Part shown: positions 27,924 to 38,541 of the stretch, one piece after another
How the letters are laid out: every line of letters begins with the position of its first letter
How positions within the stretch are numbered: position 1 is the first letter of the stretch
Virus record (IMG/VR): IMGVR_UViG_3300032245_001163
Origin: a virus
Direction: 5' to 3' (one strand)
Length of the DNA stretch: 64,000 bases
Notes under the pieces: generated by a model
The model's database searches: none
The model's input: only the letters and a program-made list of their open reading frames with translations
What the model was told of the DNA's origin: nothing
Made by a program: the position numbers and the translations under genes

Positions 27924-30005
27924 TTATGCAATATCTACATCCGTACTATAACTGGTAAATCCGTTTTCTTTTACGACTTTGAGAATGTTCTCCACACGCC
28001 CTGCTAGTTCATCTCTGTGGCTTACAAGCCAAATGCTCTTGTGGCGTTCACGTGTCATTTTCTTCAACAGTGCAAGACTGGCTTCCACACCTTGTGTGTC
28101 CAAACCGGAGTCAATCATTTCGTCGATGAACAAAATGTTGATGGGGTGATACAAACTTTCCCATACATCACGGAATGCCCATGACATACTTAAAATCAAT
28201 CTGTTGCGTTCGCCACGACTCAAATTATCAAAGTCCAGTTCACGGCCTAGTTCTTCAATGCTTACACTCAAATCGTTTTGGAACTTCACTGTGTGCGGCA
28301 ATCCAATGCGATCCAGGTAATGTGTGAGTCGTGCGTTCAAATAGCTCAAGTTCTGATCAATAATCTTCTTGCGAACAAATGAATCTTTGCTTGTCAGTAG
28401 TTTGAGCAAGAACTCTTGATGGTCTTGTACTTTGGTTAACTCGTTAATTTTGTCGTAGTCAACTACCTGCAGGGCTTGTTGTTGCATGTCCTCAATCTGT
28501 TCGCTGTAAGGATCAGTTTCAGCATGCTTGTTGGTAATTTGTTGTAGTAAATTATTTACCTGGGTAGAGTGTTTGATGGCCTGTGCTTCGGTGTCGTAGT
28601 GGGTAGCAGGTTGTACGCCCAGTTCCACCGCTACATAGCCCACCAGTTGTTCAGCATAAGGATCAACCTCGGCTGCCTTGGCTGCGATCTTTTGCTGTAT
28701 GTTTTCTAATTCACTGCTATGACGGATAGCCTCTGCTTCGGTCTTGTAGTGTGTTGTGGGTTTGATGCCTAGTTCGCCCAAAGCCTTGAGTGCATCTGTA
28801 TTTTCCATCCACTGACCATTGGTGGCCAAGGCCTGTAGCGCAGACTCTTGCAGGCTTTTGCGTTTGGCATCCAGCACTTGCTCGTGTTTGGCATCATGCA
28901 TTTCCTGTCCACAGGCATAGCACTTGTGATCTTCTAACTGTGCAATTTCTGCTTTTAACTTGTCAATGATCTTTTGTTCTTTGGCTTCATCGGCTACACA
29001 ACGAGCAATGAGTTTTTCAAGTTCAGCAATGTCCTTGGCTCGTTGATTGTATGCTGCCAAGTCTTGATGTGCTTGTAGTTCTGCGCTGATATCAATGTGG
29101 CTGAGTTGATTATAACTGGCTTGCAAGGCGGCAATATCTTTGGCTTGTGTTTGTTGCCATGCAGTTTGATATGCCAACAAACGACTGTGTGCATCTGCTG
29201 CCTTCTTGCGCTCAGTCCACAGTGCAAGTTCTTTGTGTGCCAGCAACTCTGCTTCAATGTTGACTTTGGCCAGTTCATCATACTGACCCACAAGATATGC
29301 TAGGTCGCTGTCGTATTTCTTTTGCCACAAGCCTTGTCTGCGTCTTAGACTTTCAATCTGTTCTTCAATGCGTTTGTTGGCTTCCTGCACAGCACGTACT
29401 CTAAACTCTTCGGCTGTAATGGCATCCTTGGTGGCTTTGTTGAGTTCTTTGATGCGTTCAGCACGTTCGCTCAGCACAGTGATGCCCAACAACTGCTCAA
29501 TAATAGTACGCTGTTCGTTGGCTTTCAAACTCAAGAAAGGTTCTGTGTAGGTATTCAATGCCAGAATGTGCTTGAACATGTCATGGCTCATACCAAACAC
29601 ACGTTCAATAGCATCCTGTGTTTCGCGACTGTCGCCTTGTGCGTCATCTGTAGCAGTTTGTTCTTCACTGTCCACATAAAAGCGCAACACATTGGGCTTG
29701 CGTCCACGCTCAATTTTGTATGTTTTACCGTTGACAGAGAAGTCTAGGCTCACCAACATGCCTTTGCCATTGGTTTTGTTTACTAGATTGTCCTTGCGAA
29801 TATTGCTCAAGGCTTGCCCGTACATGGCATAACTTAGTGCATTGATGATTGTGGTTTTGCCTGTGCCGTTGCGGCTTCCGTCGCCGCCTAAGTCCAAGTT
29901 CTCGCCCAGCACCAATGTAAGGTCTTGACGGTCAAAGTCAATGCCTTGTGTGGCATTGCCCACACTCATAAAGTTTTTAACAGTGAGATTCTTGATTTGT
30001 ATCAT
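27924..30005 (-). CDS. gp46: Rad50/SbcC-like recombination ATPase (gp46)
   Basis: Walker A NGTGKT, central CYAC zinc hook, signature LSRGE, Walker B/D-loop LFIDEMIDSGLD, and VSH. Confidence 0.96.
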   Translation of the reverse strand: MIQIKNLTVKNFMSVGNATQGIDFDRQDLTLVLGENLDLGGDGSRNGTGKTTIINALSYAMYGQALSNIRKDNLVNKTNGKGMLVSLDFSVNGKTYKIERGRKPNVLRFYVDSEEQTATDDAQGDSRETQDAIERVFGMSHDMFKHILALNTYTEPFLSLKANEQRTIIEQLLGITVLSERAERIKELNKATKDAITAEEFRVRAVQEANKRIEEQIESLRRRQGLWQKKYDSDLAYLVGQYDELAKVNIEAELLAHKELALWTERKKAADAHSRLLAYQTAWQQTQAKDIAALQASYNQLSHIDISAELQAHQDLAAYNQRAKDIAELEKLIARCVADEAKEQKIIDKLKAEIAQLEDHKCYACGQEMHDAKHEQVLDAKRKSLQESALQALATNGQWMENTDALKALGELGIKPTTHYKTEAEAIRHSSELENIQQKIAAKAAEVDPYAEQLVGYVAVELGVQPATHYDTEAQAIKHSTQVNNLLQQITNKHAETDPYSEQIEDMQQQALQVVDYDKINELTKVQDHQEFLLKLLTSKDSFVRKKIIDQNLSYLNARLTHYLDRIGLPHTVKFQNDLSVSIEELGRELDFDNLSRGERNRLILSMSWAFRDVWESLYHPINILFIDEMIDSGLDTQGVEASLALLKKMTRERHKSIWLVSHRDELAGRVENILKVVKENGFTSYSTDVDIA

Positions 30006-31018
30006 AAGTTTTGATAGATTTGCAACAGCAGTTTGTTGTCGTAGAATTCTGATTCTATGTTAGTGAGTTGGTCAGTGACGATTTGGTCTACCGACTCAAA
30101 CTTGACGTCTCCGGGTGCAAGGTCCACATCTACGCCTGAAGTTTTGTTGGGTATCAACGCCATTTCACGCAGGCTGTAATCTTTAATAAAAGTTTCTTTG
30201 ATAAAGTTTGCTTCTTCGTATGAGATTTCAATGTCTAAGTTTACACGAACATGCATCTTGGGTGCAAGCAATGTGGCTGCATTGTCAATCAGGTTAGCAA
30301 GTCCGTAAACTCTGTATCGGGGCTGATTGGGCCAAGCATGATACTCGGGCTCTTTGCCCCATTCTAAGATCATCATGCCACGCTCATCGTCTCCGGCGTC
30401 GGCATAGTTGTGTGGGAAGCAGTTGCCAATGTAAGTGATGTTGTTGGCAGTTTGACGTTTGTGAAAGTGTCCTGTGAACACATGATCAAACCCCCCAAAG
30501 TCGCCACGTTGTACTGTGCCATGGTCCGGCATCTGTACCATGGCATTCATGTAGTAGCCGGGCAGTTCAAAGTGCCCAAACATGTACTTGCCAGTTAGTT
30601 TTGGGATACGCTTGTGGTCATCACCGCATAGCCAAGGAGCAATAACAACGTCACCGCTGCTGAACCAATCATTGCAAATTTCAACTTTCGGCAAATGTTT
30701 GGCCCACTCCACACTTTGAATATCGCGCTTGTCTCGATAATAAAGATCGTGATTGCCAGGAATAAAATATACCCGATCAAAGTTGTCATTCATGTGCTCC
30801 AGGGCCCGGAGACTGTAGCTCAAGGTAACAATATTTAAGCTGGCCCTGTTGTTGTGCCAATCGCCCAGGAACAAACAAGTTTCGCAACCTTGTTCTCGTG
30901 CTTTGGCTGTAGCCCATTTAACAAAATCCAAACAGTCATCGTTGTGTGTTTGACTGTTGGACTTTAACCCAAAATGTATGTCTGTGAAGACCGCAGCCTT
31001 CTTGAATAGATTTGTCAT
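30002..31018 (-). CDS. gp47: Mre11/SbcD-like nuclease (gp47)
   Basis: DIHFG, GDWH, GNHD, GH and GHFH metallophosphoesterase motifs; adjacent to gp46. Confidence 0.96.
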   Translation of the reverse strand: MTNLFKKAAVFTDIHFGLKSNSQTHNDDCLDFVKWATAKAREQGCETCLFLGDWHNNRASLNIVTLSYSLRALEHMNDNFDRVYFIPGNHDLYYRDKRDIQSVEWAKHLPKVEICNDWFSSGDVVIAPWLCGDDHKRIPKLTGKYMFGHFELPGYYMNAMVQMPDHGTVQRGDFGGFDHVFTGHFHKRQTANNITYIGNCFPHNYADAGDDERGMMILEWGKEPEYHAWPNQPRYRVYGLANLIDNAATLLAPKMHVRVNLDIEISYEEANFIKETFIKDYSLREMALIPNKTSGVDVDLAPGDVKFESVDQIVTDQLTNIESEFYDNKLLLQIYQNL

Positions 31019-31024
31019 TCTATA

Positions 31025-32539
31025 TTATACTGTGAATCCCATGGCAATAGCAATGGCTTGATGACTCAAAACAAAATTTTGTTGACGTCGCTGATCGAAT
31101 TGTTTCACGGCAGCAACAAATTTGGTACCATCACTGCCAACACTGTTCTGGACCTGTGTTGCAATGGCCCTGAGTTCGGTACGAGACGAATTTTGGTATT
31201 TTTCTATGACTAATTGTTTGCCTTTGGCAGTCAACTGATCAATGGAAAAATGCAAAGGATTTTCTAAAATATTCAAAACAATGTCAACACCGTTTGATTC
31301 GCCCCAGGCAAACATGTCATCAAGGTCAAGAATATTTTGTATGTTCACTGTGCAATAAACATAGACTCTGAATTTGTTTTGATCCAAAGACAAGAACTTT
31401 TGCACATTGTTGACTACATCTTGCCAGTGCCCGCCTCGTTCTGATTCGAATTTTTCTTCGATGTTATCTATACTTATTGCAATGTCATTCAAACGAAATT
31501 GCGATAATTTTGAAATTAAATTTTCTGGAAACACTGAACCATTGGTATGAAAATGCAATCGTATATGTTCAGCATGACCTAAACTTATAATACGATCAAG
31601 CGCACCTGGCAAACTTTTCAATAAAAACGGTTCCCCGCCAGTTATGTCTAAATTCAGTAAATCTGGCCAGGTTGAATCAAGTTGATGTAAAAAATTTTCA
31701 ATATTGTCGTACCACTGACTTTCGTCTACAATTTTTTGTATTTTTTCTTTTTGTGCAGGCGCGGTTGCAAATTTTAATTCTTCGCTTATGCGCAGAGAAC
31801 TAGCGGCAAGATCACATATTTTGCATTTGAAATTGCAAGTGTTTCCTAACTTGAGGTCAAGGCTGCGTATCTTAGGCGATGAAATCCAGGTAGACAATAA
31901 ATCTTTTTGATACATGCTCAAACAACGTTGTCTATGACTGATTTGTTTGTAAGATTCTTTTTGCCAACAAAATTGACACGATGTTGGTTTTTCTCCTCGC
32001 AACATTTGCGATCGAAGATCTTGCATGTCTTTGTTGTAAAATAAATTTTGAGTCTGGGAGTCTTTTAAATTGCCCAATGTCAAAGAACTAAAACAACAAG
32101 GAGTCACTGATCCTGTGCGTTCGACTTCTAAGTGCATCCAAGGCAACGGGCACAACGTATCAAGCAACACTGAATCAGTACCAAAAAACTCAGTTGGCTC
32201 TATTGCAGTTAACAAGTTGCCAATTACGGTTTGATCGTATCCGTGCTTTTCATTGGCAATGAATAGATCATTTTGTAAATCATACGGACTGCACAACAAA
32301 ACAAAACAGTTGCTGATATCTATCAATGACAGTGCTGTTTGAAGTTGGCACAGCTGATTTAGACTGGGCTGATAGCATGTGTAAAATACCAGTCGTTGGT
32401 CAGGATGATATTCTGGCAAATGATATTGTTTTATTGTTTCATAAAGCTGTTCAGTACTCTTTGTCAAACAAGCAAAATCTTCAAAGCACACTAAATTGTA
32501 CTGCTTGGACAGTTGACTTTTGAGTTCTTCCAGCGTCAT
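31025..32539 (-). CDS. Radical SAM enzyme with a twitch/SPASM-like domain N-terminal to the core; likely start MTLEEL at 32539
   Basis: CPLPW...TPCC...CQFCW precedes CNFKCKIC and TGGEPF; ATGA overlap with the gp55 stop. Confidence 0.85.
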   Translation of the reverse strand: MTLEELKSQLSKQYNLVCFEDFACLTKSTEQLYETIKQYHLPEYHPDQRLVFYTCYQPSLNQLCQLQTALSLIDISNCFVLLCSPYDLQNDLFIANEKHGYDQTVIGNLLTAIEPTEFFGTDSVLLDTLCPLPWMHLEVERTGSVTPCCFSSLTLGNLKDSQTQNLFYNKDMQDLRSQMLRGEKPTSCQFCWQKESYKQISHRQRCLSMYQKDLLSTWISSPKIRSLDLKLGNTCNFKCKICDLAASSLRISEELKFATAPAQKEKIQKIVDESQWYDNIENFLHQLDSTWPDLLNLDITGGEPFLLKSLPGALDRIISLGHAEHIRLHFHTNGSVFPENLISKLSQFRLNDIAISIDNIEEKFESERGGHWQDVVNNVQKFLSLDQNKFRVYVYCTVNIQNILDLDDMFAWGESNGVDIVLNILENPLHFSIDQLTAKGKQLVIEKYQNSSRTELRAIATQVQNSVGSDGTKFVAAVKQFDQRRQQNFVLSHQAIAIAMGFTV

Positions 32540-33432
32540 TCTTCGTAGGTAGTTACAACCGGTCCGCTCATGGCCTCCATGCTGGCTTTGCCAGAGTTCT
32601 GACGGGTCCAAGATGGATTCAAGCCGTTCATTTCCAAGATGTCATCACGGATGTTTTGATTTTTCTTTTCAATGTTTAAGATGCGAGTAAAGCTATTAGT
32701 GATAGCGGCAGTATAATACGCAAAAGGGTTCTGCGATTTTGATTCGTCAAATTGCAGTCCGATTTGACTGAGTTGCAACAGGGCTTGTCCGCGCATTTCT
32801 TCATTGTAAGTGTATCCTCTCCAGTTTGATCTTGTGGCATAGCGTTCGCACAGTTTCATAAACATAGTGGCCAGTTTGCGTGTCATGTTGCCATGATCCT
32901 TGCAGAACTCACCTGTTTCCAAATCGCCTTTCCAGTGGCTTTTGCCCACCAGCGCAGGGTTCTTGTCTTCGTCTACTCGGTAGTGATAAAACGGGGGAAA
33001 GTTAACTCGCATGTGTGTGGGATCCAGCACAACATCCTCAACAAGGTCCGCTAATGGATCTTCTACAATGTCATCCAAGTCCAAAATGTCTTCGATCTTT
33101 TTCTTTTTAGTGGCAGTTTTAGGAACTTTCTTGGGCGCCATGGGTATGTGTTCCCAAGTCATGATACGGAAAACCACCTCCGTATTTGGTATTTTTTTAG
33201 GGTCAATCACTTCGCCTGTTTCGCGTTTGTGGCGGTCAGCACGATTGCGGCGTGCTTCTGCAATGGTCTTTTGATTGATTTTGCTCACTGACGGCAAGAT
33301 CATGTCAAACTGATGATCAGTGGCACGGTCCCGGAATGAGCAGTAGGTGTTTTTGCTTAGATGTATTTCTTTTAAGATATCACGGTTGTTAAGGTAGTTA
33401 ACCTTGGCTGCAGGTTTTGCAATTAAAGTCAT
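32536..33432 (-). CDS. gp55: Late-transcription sigma factor (gp55-like); likely start MTLIAK at 33432
   Basis: YLNNRD and NWRGYTYNEEM...FDESKSQNPFAYYT..ITNSF.R.LNIEKK motifs; GGAGA RBS; TATAAATA boxes across the window. Confidence 0.9.
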   Translation of the reverse strand: MTLIAKPAAKVNYLNNRDILKEIHLSKNTYCSFRDRATDHQFDMILPSVSKINQKTIAEARRNRADRHKRETGEVIDPKKIPNTEVVFRIMTWEHIPMAPKKVPKTATKKKKIEDILDLDDIVEDPLADLVEDVVLDPTHMRVNFPPFYHYRVDEDKNPALVGKSHWKGDLETGEFCKDHGNMTRKLATMFMKLCERYATRSNWRGYTYNEEMRGQALLQLSQIGLQFDESKSQNPFAYYTAAITNSFTRILNIEKKNQNIRDDILEMNGLNPSWTRQNSGKASMEAMSGPVVTTYEE

Positions 33433-33459
33433 TGGTGGGGTTTCTCCAGATATGTACTT

Positions 33460-33487
33460 ATTGTAGCACAAATACAACAGTTGTCAA
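33460..33487 (-). promoter_or_regulatory. Host sigma70-type promoter for the gp55 operon
   Basis: TTGACA-16 nt-TACAAT with a TGn extended -10. Confidence 0.75.
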
Positions 33488-33518
33488 CCGGTTCTTAAAC
33501 TACGTGGTTAAAAAAATG

Positions 33519-33526
33519 GGTAAATA
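33519..33526 (+). promoter_or_regulatory. Putative late promoter GGTAAATA for the baseplate operon
   Basis: TAAATA core followed by an AGGA RBS and ATG 33545. Confidence 0.55.
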
Positions 33527-33544
33527 ACACATAGGAATACAAAC

Positions 33545-35524
33545 ATGGCCGCTGGTTACGATCCCAAGAAAGCAGAAACATATAACAAACTTATCAAGCA
33601 AGGGGTAAGTGAGGAAGCCGCGCAGGCGCAGGCTGGCATATCTGACAACGAAGCCACAAACTATGTAATTGACGCCACTGGCAATCCAAAAACAAACCCC
33701 AACTATGGAACCATGGGGGCATGGGTCGACGGCTCGGGCAAAAGTAACACAGGTGCGTTTCAGCCCGGTGTAGTAGAAAAAGTTCCGTACAATGTAGCGG
33801 CCAATAATCCTCCCAGCACACGAACTTCAAACGAGTATACCAGCACTAGCACAACCCAAAGCGGTGGCAAAGCAGTGTTTATTGCAGCCACTAAACCCAA
33901 AGATACTGAAGCAAGTCTAGCATTGCAACCACAAATTGATGCCAAACAGGCTGAGCTCTCAGAATTTGCCAAAAACAATCCCAGCAATTTTGCTAGAAAA
34001 GTAAAAGGTCTACCGCCAATGACTCCTGAAGAGTTTGAGGCAAGAGAAAAACGTTACGCTGAGTTATCGCAAGAAAAACTCAATCTACAAACACAACAGG
34101 CTGAACTCAAAACTCCCGGCGAGCCTGCTAGATTTGAAACACCGAACACCACCACCAATACCACAACTACAACCTATGGCACAGAAGCAAACAATACTCC
34201 AGTTGAATCTCCTGATGCTCAAGATCCAGCCATTGCACAACAAGCAGATCTACAGTTGGCTCTTAACACAAATCAGATAGCCAGTCTTGACCCCGTCCCA
34301 GTTAATACAGAGGAAACATTCCGCCCTGGTGAAAGTACAATCACCACAGTAACAGCACCTGAGCCGTTGCCCGAGCCACGTGAAGCAGGCATTGCCGCTG
34401 CCAATGAAGCCGCTGGAATTGTCACAACACCTGCACCGGGCACAGTTGAAACATTCCGTCCTGAGGAAAGCACAATCACTGCTGTGAACAAAGAACCAGG
34501 GCCTGACACATATGAAGCTGGTGGTGGTGGTGGCAACCAAGGTACAATTACCAGAGTAACTTATCAGCCCCAAGACGTTCCGCCCACTGAAGATCCTGCT
34601 GCCGGCGAAGCCGATGCTGCTGCCAATCCTCAACAAAGTACCATAACTGGTGATCGTGGGGGCAATCTTGAACAAAATCAAGCGGCTCAAGCGGCAATGG
34701 AGCAGAGGCTAAAAGAGCAACAGGCCATACGAGATCAGTTTCAATCACCAGCCAATGGTGACTGGCGTGTAAAATTAAAATTACCGCCTGATGCTACGTA
34801 TTTGTACAAAGACGACAAGCAGGCATCAATATTGGCTCCGTTGTTGGCCAGCGACGGTGTGGTATTTCCTTACATGCCTGAAATACAAACCACATACAAT
34901 GCCAACTATGACACAACAGATTTAACACACAGCAACTATCGTGGGTACTTTTACAAAAATTCATATGTAGGAGATATTGGTATCACTGGAGTATTCACTG
35001 CACAAAATACTCAGGAAGCCAACTATCTGTTGGCGGTGATACATTTTTTCCGCTCAGCCACAAAAATGTTTTATGGCAGCAAAGATGACCAACGCGGCAC
35101 ACCACCACCATTGGTGTATTTGTTTGGCCTGGGACAATATCAATTCAATGCACATCCTTGTGTGATACGCAGTTTCAACTACAACTTGCCCAATGATGTA
35201 GACTACATTAGAACCAAACCCAATAATTACAATGTCAACTTCAACGATACTTTGCCTAAAACACAAAGTGGCAACAATCCCATATCTGCAGTGGTCAACA
35301 GATTGAGAAATGCATTGTTGCCCAAAGGAGCAATACCCAATGTGCCGCAAGAGTTGTTGTCCGTGAGTCAAAGCGTCAGCGGCATAGACAATTCCACTTA
35401 TGTGCCTACCAAGATCACAGTGCAAATTAATCTGTTGCCTATACAAACAAGAAATCAACAAAGCCAGCAATTCAGCGTCAAAGAATTTGCCAACGGCAAC
35501 CTACTCAAAGGAGGGTTCTGGTAA
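33545..35524 (+). CDS. Baseplate / tail-tube initiator-like protein (gp48/gp54-type C-terminal domain) with a long low-complexity N-terminus
   Basis: VVFPYMP, THSNY and HFFRSATKMFYG...GTPPP...PCVI motifs; first gene of the baseplate cluster. Confidence 0.6.
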   Translation: MAAGYDPKKAETYNKLIKQGVSEEAAQAQAGISDNEATNYVIDATGNPKTNPNYGTMGAWVDGSGKSNTGAFQPGVVEKVPYNVAANNPPSTRTSNEYTSTSTTQSGGKAVFIAATKPKDTEASLALQPQIDAKQAELSEFAKNNPSNFARKVKGLPPMTPEEFEAREKRYAELSQEKLNLQTQQAELKTPGEPARFETPNTTTNTTTTTYGTEANNTPVESPDAQDPAIAQQADLQLALNTNQIASLDPVPVNTEETFRPGESTITTVTAPEPLPEPREAGIAAANEAAGIVTTPAPGTVETFRPEESTITAVNKEPGPDTYEAGGGGGNQGTITRVTYQPQDVPPTEDPAAGEADAAANPQQSTITGDRGGNLEQNQAAQAAMEQRLKEQQAIRDQFQSPANGDWRVKLKLPPDATYLYKDDKQASILAPLLASDGVVFPYMPEIQTTYNANYDTTDLTHSNYRGYFYKNSYVGDIGITGVFTAQNTQEANYLLAVIHFFRSATKMFYGSKDDQRGTPPPLVYLFGLGQYQFNAHPCVIRSFNYNLPNDVDYIRTKPNNYNVNFNDTLPKTQSGNNPISAVVNRLRNALLPKGAIPNVPQELLSVSQSVSGIDNSTYVPTKITVQINLLPIQTRNQQSQQFSVKEFANGNLLKGGFW

Positions 35525-35823
35525 TGGCCAATTACGATTCAACCAGCCCATATTTTACCACAGGCTACAATCAGTTTTACCTTGACGTCATGGTGGACCG
35601 ACCCATACCCAAAGAAAGCGACGACTTGTCATTTAACATTAATCTCACATATCAATACCGTCCTGATTTGTTGGCACATGACTTGTATGGAGATTCAAGA
35701 TTGTGGTGGGTATTTTATCAACGCAACCCCAACACACTTACAAAACCTCCTCTGGACTTTGCAATAGGTACCAATATCTACTTGCCTAAAATTACTACAC
35801 TTAAATCTGTGTTGGGGTTCTAA
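35524..35823 (+). CDS. gp53: Baseplate wedge LysM-like protein (gp53-like)
   Basis: YQYRPDLLAHDLYGDSRLWWVF...N motif. Confidence 0.8.
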   Translation: MANYDSTSPYFTTGYNQFYLDVMVDRPIPKESDDLSFNINLTYQYRPDLLAHDLYGDSRLWWVFYQRNPNTLTKPPLDFAIGTNIYLPKITTLKSVLGF

Positions 35824-35826
35824 TAG

Positions 35827-38532
35827 ATGGCAACAGCACCACCAGTTCTACCCGGCGCACAAGATTCTAATTTGGGATTTGACATTGCCACCGGTAAGGT
35901 TTCAACTATAACCCCGGGCACAATGAAAGATGATACCACACTAAATGAAGTAGTGGTCACTGCGAACCCATTGGAAAAACCCGATGTAGCTGGTAATCTC
36001 ACAGCCACAGACGAAATCGTACCACAACCTAATGTACTAGATAGATTTGCCAGTTATACCTATAGTGCCAGTGTGTACTTGTTAAGCACAACACAGTATC
36101 AACGATTGTTGCGTAGCAAGAAAAAAAGTGTCAACGGATATTTTTTGTTGTTTCAAAGTGGTGGTGCGCCCACTAACAAAGGTGGATTTCTGGGCAAAGG
36201 CTCGGGATCTGTATCAGGACAAGATCCCAACGCTGATTTTGCCTACGATTCGCCTGATGACTATGGTCGCAACCCTGCTTTCCCTCAAGACTTCTATATT
36301 GATTCAATTACCATAGACAATGCGTTGCCGGGCAAATTGACTCAAAGTCCGCACATGGTTACTGATCTAAAATTCACAGTGGTAGAACCAGGCAACATCA
36401 CACTGTTGGACAGAATACACAGAGCAGTACAAGATGTGGGGCAACTGGCTGATGAGAATTATCCCATCAACTACACTTCTGCAGCATATCTCATGGTCAT
36501 ACGTTGGTATGGTTATGATATCAACGGACTTCCAGTGCAGGTGGGTGCAGTTGATCCTGCCACTGGCCTCACGGATCCCAATGCAGTGTGCGAAAAATTC
36601 ATACCATTTCTCATTACAGGTATTGAATGGCAAGTGAGTTCAAAATTGGTCACTTATGACTTTTCTTGCGCACCTATCAATCAATGGATTGCAGGTGGTA
36701 CACGTCGTGGTACACTGACCTACGATGCAGAATTTTCTGCTACAACAGTGAGTGAACTACTGGGCGATAACCTGCAGTATGTGTCAGCCACTGCTCCCGC
36801 TGGCCAACCAGGTGCTACCACAACCACAGGTGGCAAAGGCGGCGTGTTTGCCACCCCAACTTATACACAGACAGCAATCAATGGTTCTGCTGCAACTCCT
36901 GCCCCGCCCAAGGCCTCAGCGGCGCCCACTTCTTCGTTGACAATAAAACAAGGTGTCATGGGCGCCATGAATGCCAAGCAACAAGAATTGGTCAAGCTGG
37001 GAATCTATGAAGTAGCAGATACCTATGCTATTGAATTTGGCACACATCCTTCTTTCCCTAATCTCAATATTGGTGATGCCACATTAAAATTAACAGGCAA
37101 TGTAGTAACACAAAGCAATACTCCGATGGCACCCAGTGTGAATCAAAATGCCAATCAAGCAAAAAATCCAGCGGCCAATGCCATGGAAGTCACTGGTCGT
37201 AAATGGAGTGTGGCATCTGGTATGCAACTGGTGCAGATCATTGACCAAGCTGTGAGAAAAAGCAGTTTTATCTACAATCAACAATTGACTGTGGTAGATG
37301 CGCAAACAGGTGAAGATGTACCAGTAAAAGATGCCAAGTCAAAACCCATGGTTTGGTTTGAAATTACTATGGAGGCATATCGAGGCAAGTATGATCGAAA
37401 ACGCAATGACTATGCCTACGACATAACTTTTATTGTAACGCCGTACCCGCTGCAAAATTTTGATTCAAAATATTTTCCATTAACACAGTTTCGAGGAGTA
37501 CACAAATCGTATTCTTATTGGTTCACTGGACAAAATACCGCGGTGCTGGATTACACAGCTAGATTTAACAGCCTTTACAATATCACAGTAACTGGCACTG
37601 AACCAAAAGACTCTGGCGCACTTCGTCAGCGCGAACTCAATACATCCAGCATGCGAGAAATACCTTTTTATACTTTCGCTGCCAGCAGCACAGAAGATAG
37701 ACAAGGCGAAGAAGGCCGTGCTCTGGAAGCACAGGCCAATGCCGCTGAATATCTTTACAGTCCTGGCGATCAAGGCGAAGGTAGAATACGCATCATTGGT
37801 GATCCTTCTTGGATACAACAAGGCAGCTTGTCCGGCGGAGTCAATATCAAAGAATTCAGCTATTCACCATTCTTACCTGACGGTACCATTAACTTTGACG
37901 CACAACAAGTGATGTTTGAAATTGCCTGGCAGCGACCAAATGACTATGATTTAAACACTGGTCTGGCAGATCCCTATGCTGGTGGCAATTCCAAAGATCG
38001 ATTGCCCATACAAAGCAATGTTTACAAAGCCAATAGAGTGATAAGTGAGTTTAGACAAGGAAAATTTGAACAGACCATTGAAGGCTCGTTGTATATGTTT
38101 CCCAAACCTGATGGTACCAACACTGTGGGCAAAATTGCAGCATCTAACAATGCATTAGGTCAAGCTGCCAGTGGTGCCAATGAAACTGCTGCCGAAACTG
38201 CTCAATTGGCTAGACCTAATGCACAATCTCCAACATCAATAGAAGCGGCAAACTTTAACACTGCATTGAACAACAGTGTGTTGAATTCAGCAGCATTTGG
38301 AAAAACTGGCACACTGTCTGCGCCTAGAACACAAGTAAACAATGTTGCTGGATCAACAGCACCACCGGCTGGACTAAATGGTGATTATTCTGTGGGCCCA
38401 TCAGCATATCCAAAAGCATCCACAGGCTCAGGAGTCAACCCTATTACATTTGGCATCAACACTCCTGAACCATTAAATACCAACCCGTATGCCAATGCTG
38501 GTCGCACACAAACCATAGTCAGAGAATCCTAA
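35827..38532 (+). CDS. Baseplate hub protein (gp27-like position)
   Basis: Between gp53-like and gp5-like genes; IRIIGDP and F..GKFEQTI hub-type motifs. Confidence 0.55.
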   Translation: MATAPPVLPGAQDSNLGFDIATGKVSTITPGTMKDDTTLNEVVVTANPLEKPDVAGNLTATDEIVPQPNVLDRFASYTYSASVYLLSTTQYQRLLRSKKKSVNGYFLLFQSGGAPTNKGGFLGKGSGSVSGQDPNADFAYDSPDDYGRNPAFPQDFYIDSITIDNALPGKLTQSPHMVTDLKFTVVEPGNITLLDRIHRAVQDVGQLADENYPINYTSAAYLMVIRWYGYDINGLPVQVGAVDPATGLTDPNAVCEKFIPFLITGIEWQVSSKLVTYDFSCAPINQWIAGGTRRGTLTYDAEFSATTVSELLGDNLQYVSATAPAGQPGATTTTGGKGGVFATPTYTQTAINGSAATPAPPKASAAPTSSLTIKQGVMGAMNAKQQELVKLGIYEVADTYAIEFGTHPSFPNLNIGDATLKLTGNVVTQSNTPMAPSVNQNANQAKNPAANAMEVTGRKWSVASGMQLVQIIDQAVRKSSFIYNQQLTVVDAQTGEDVPVKDAKSKPMVWFEITMEAYRGKYDRKRNDYAYDITFIVTPYPLQNFDSKYFPLTQFRGVHKSYSYWFTGQNTAVLDYTARFNSLYNITVTGTEPKDSGALRQRELNTSSMREIPFYTFAASSTEDRQGEEGRALEAQANAAEYLYSPGDQGEGRIRIIGDPSWIQQGSLSGGVNIKEFSYSPFLPDGTINFDAQQVMFEIAWQRPNDYDLNTGLADPYAGGNSKDRLPIQSNVYKANRVISEFRQGKFEQTIEGSLYMFPKPDGTNTVGKIAASNNALGQAASGANETAAETAQLARPNAQSPTSIEAANFNTALNNSVLNSAAFGKTGTLSAPRTQVNNVAGSTAPPAGLNGDYSVGPSAYPKASTGSGVNPITFGINTPEPLNTNPYANAGRTQTIVRES

Positions 38533-38541
38533 GGAGCAATT

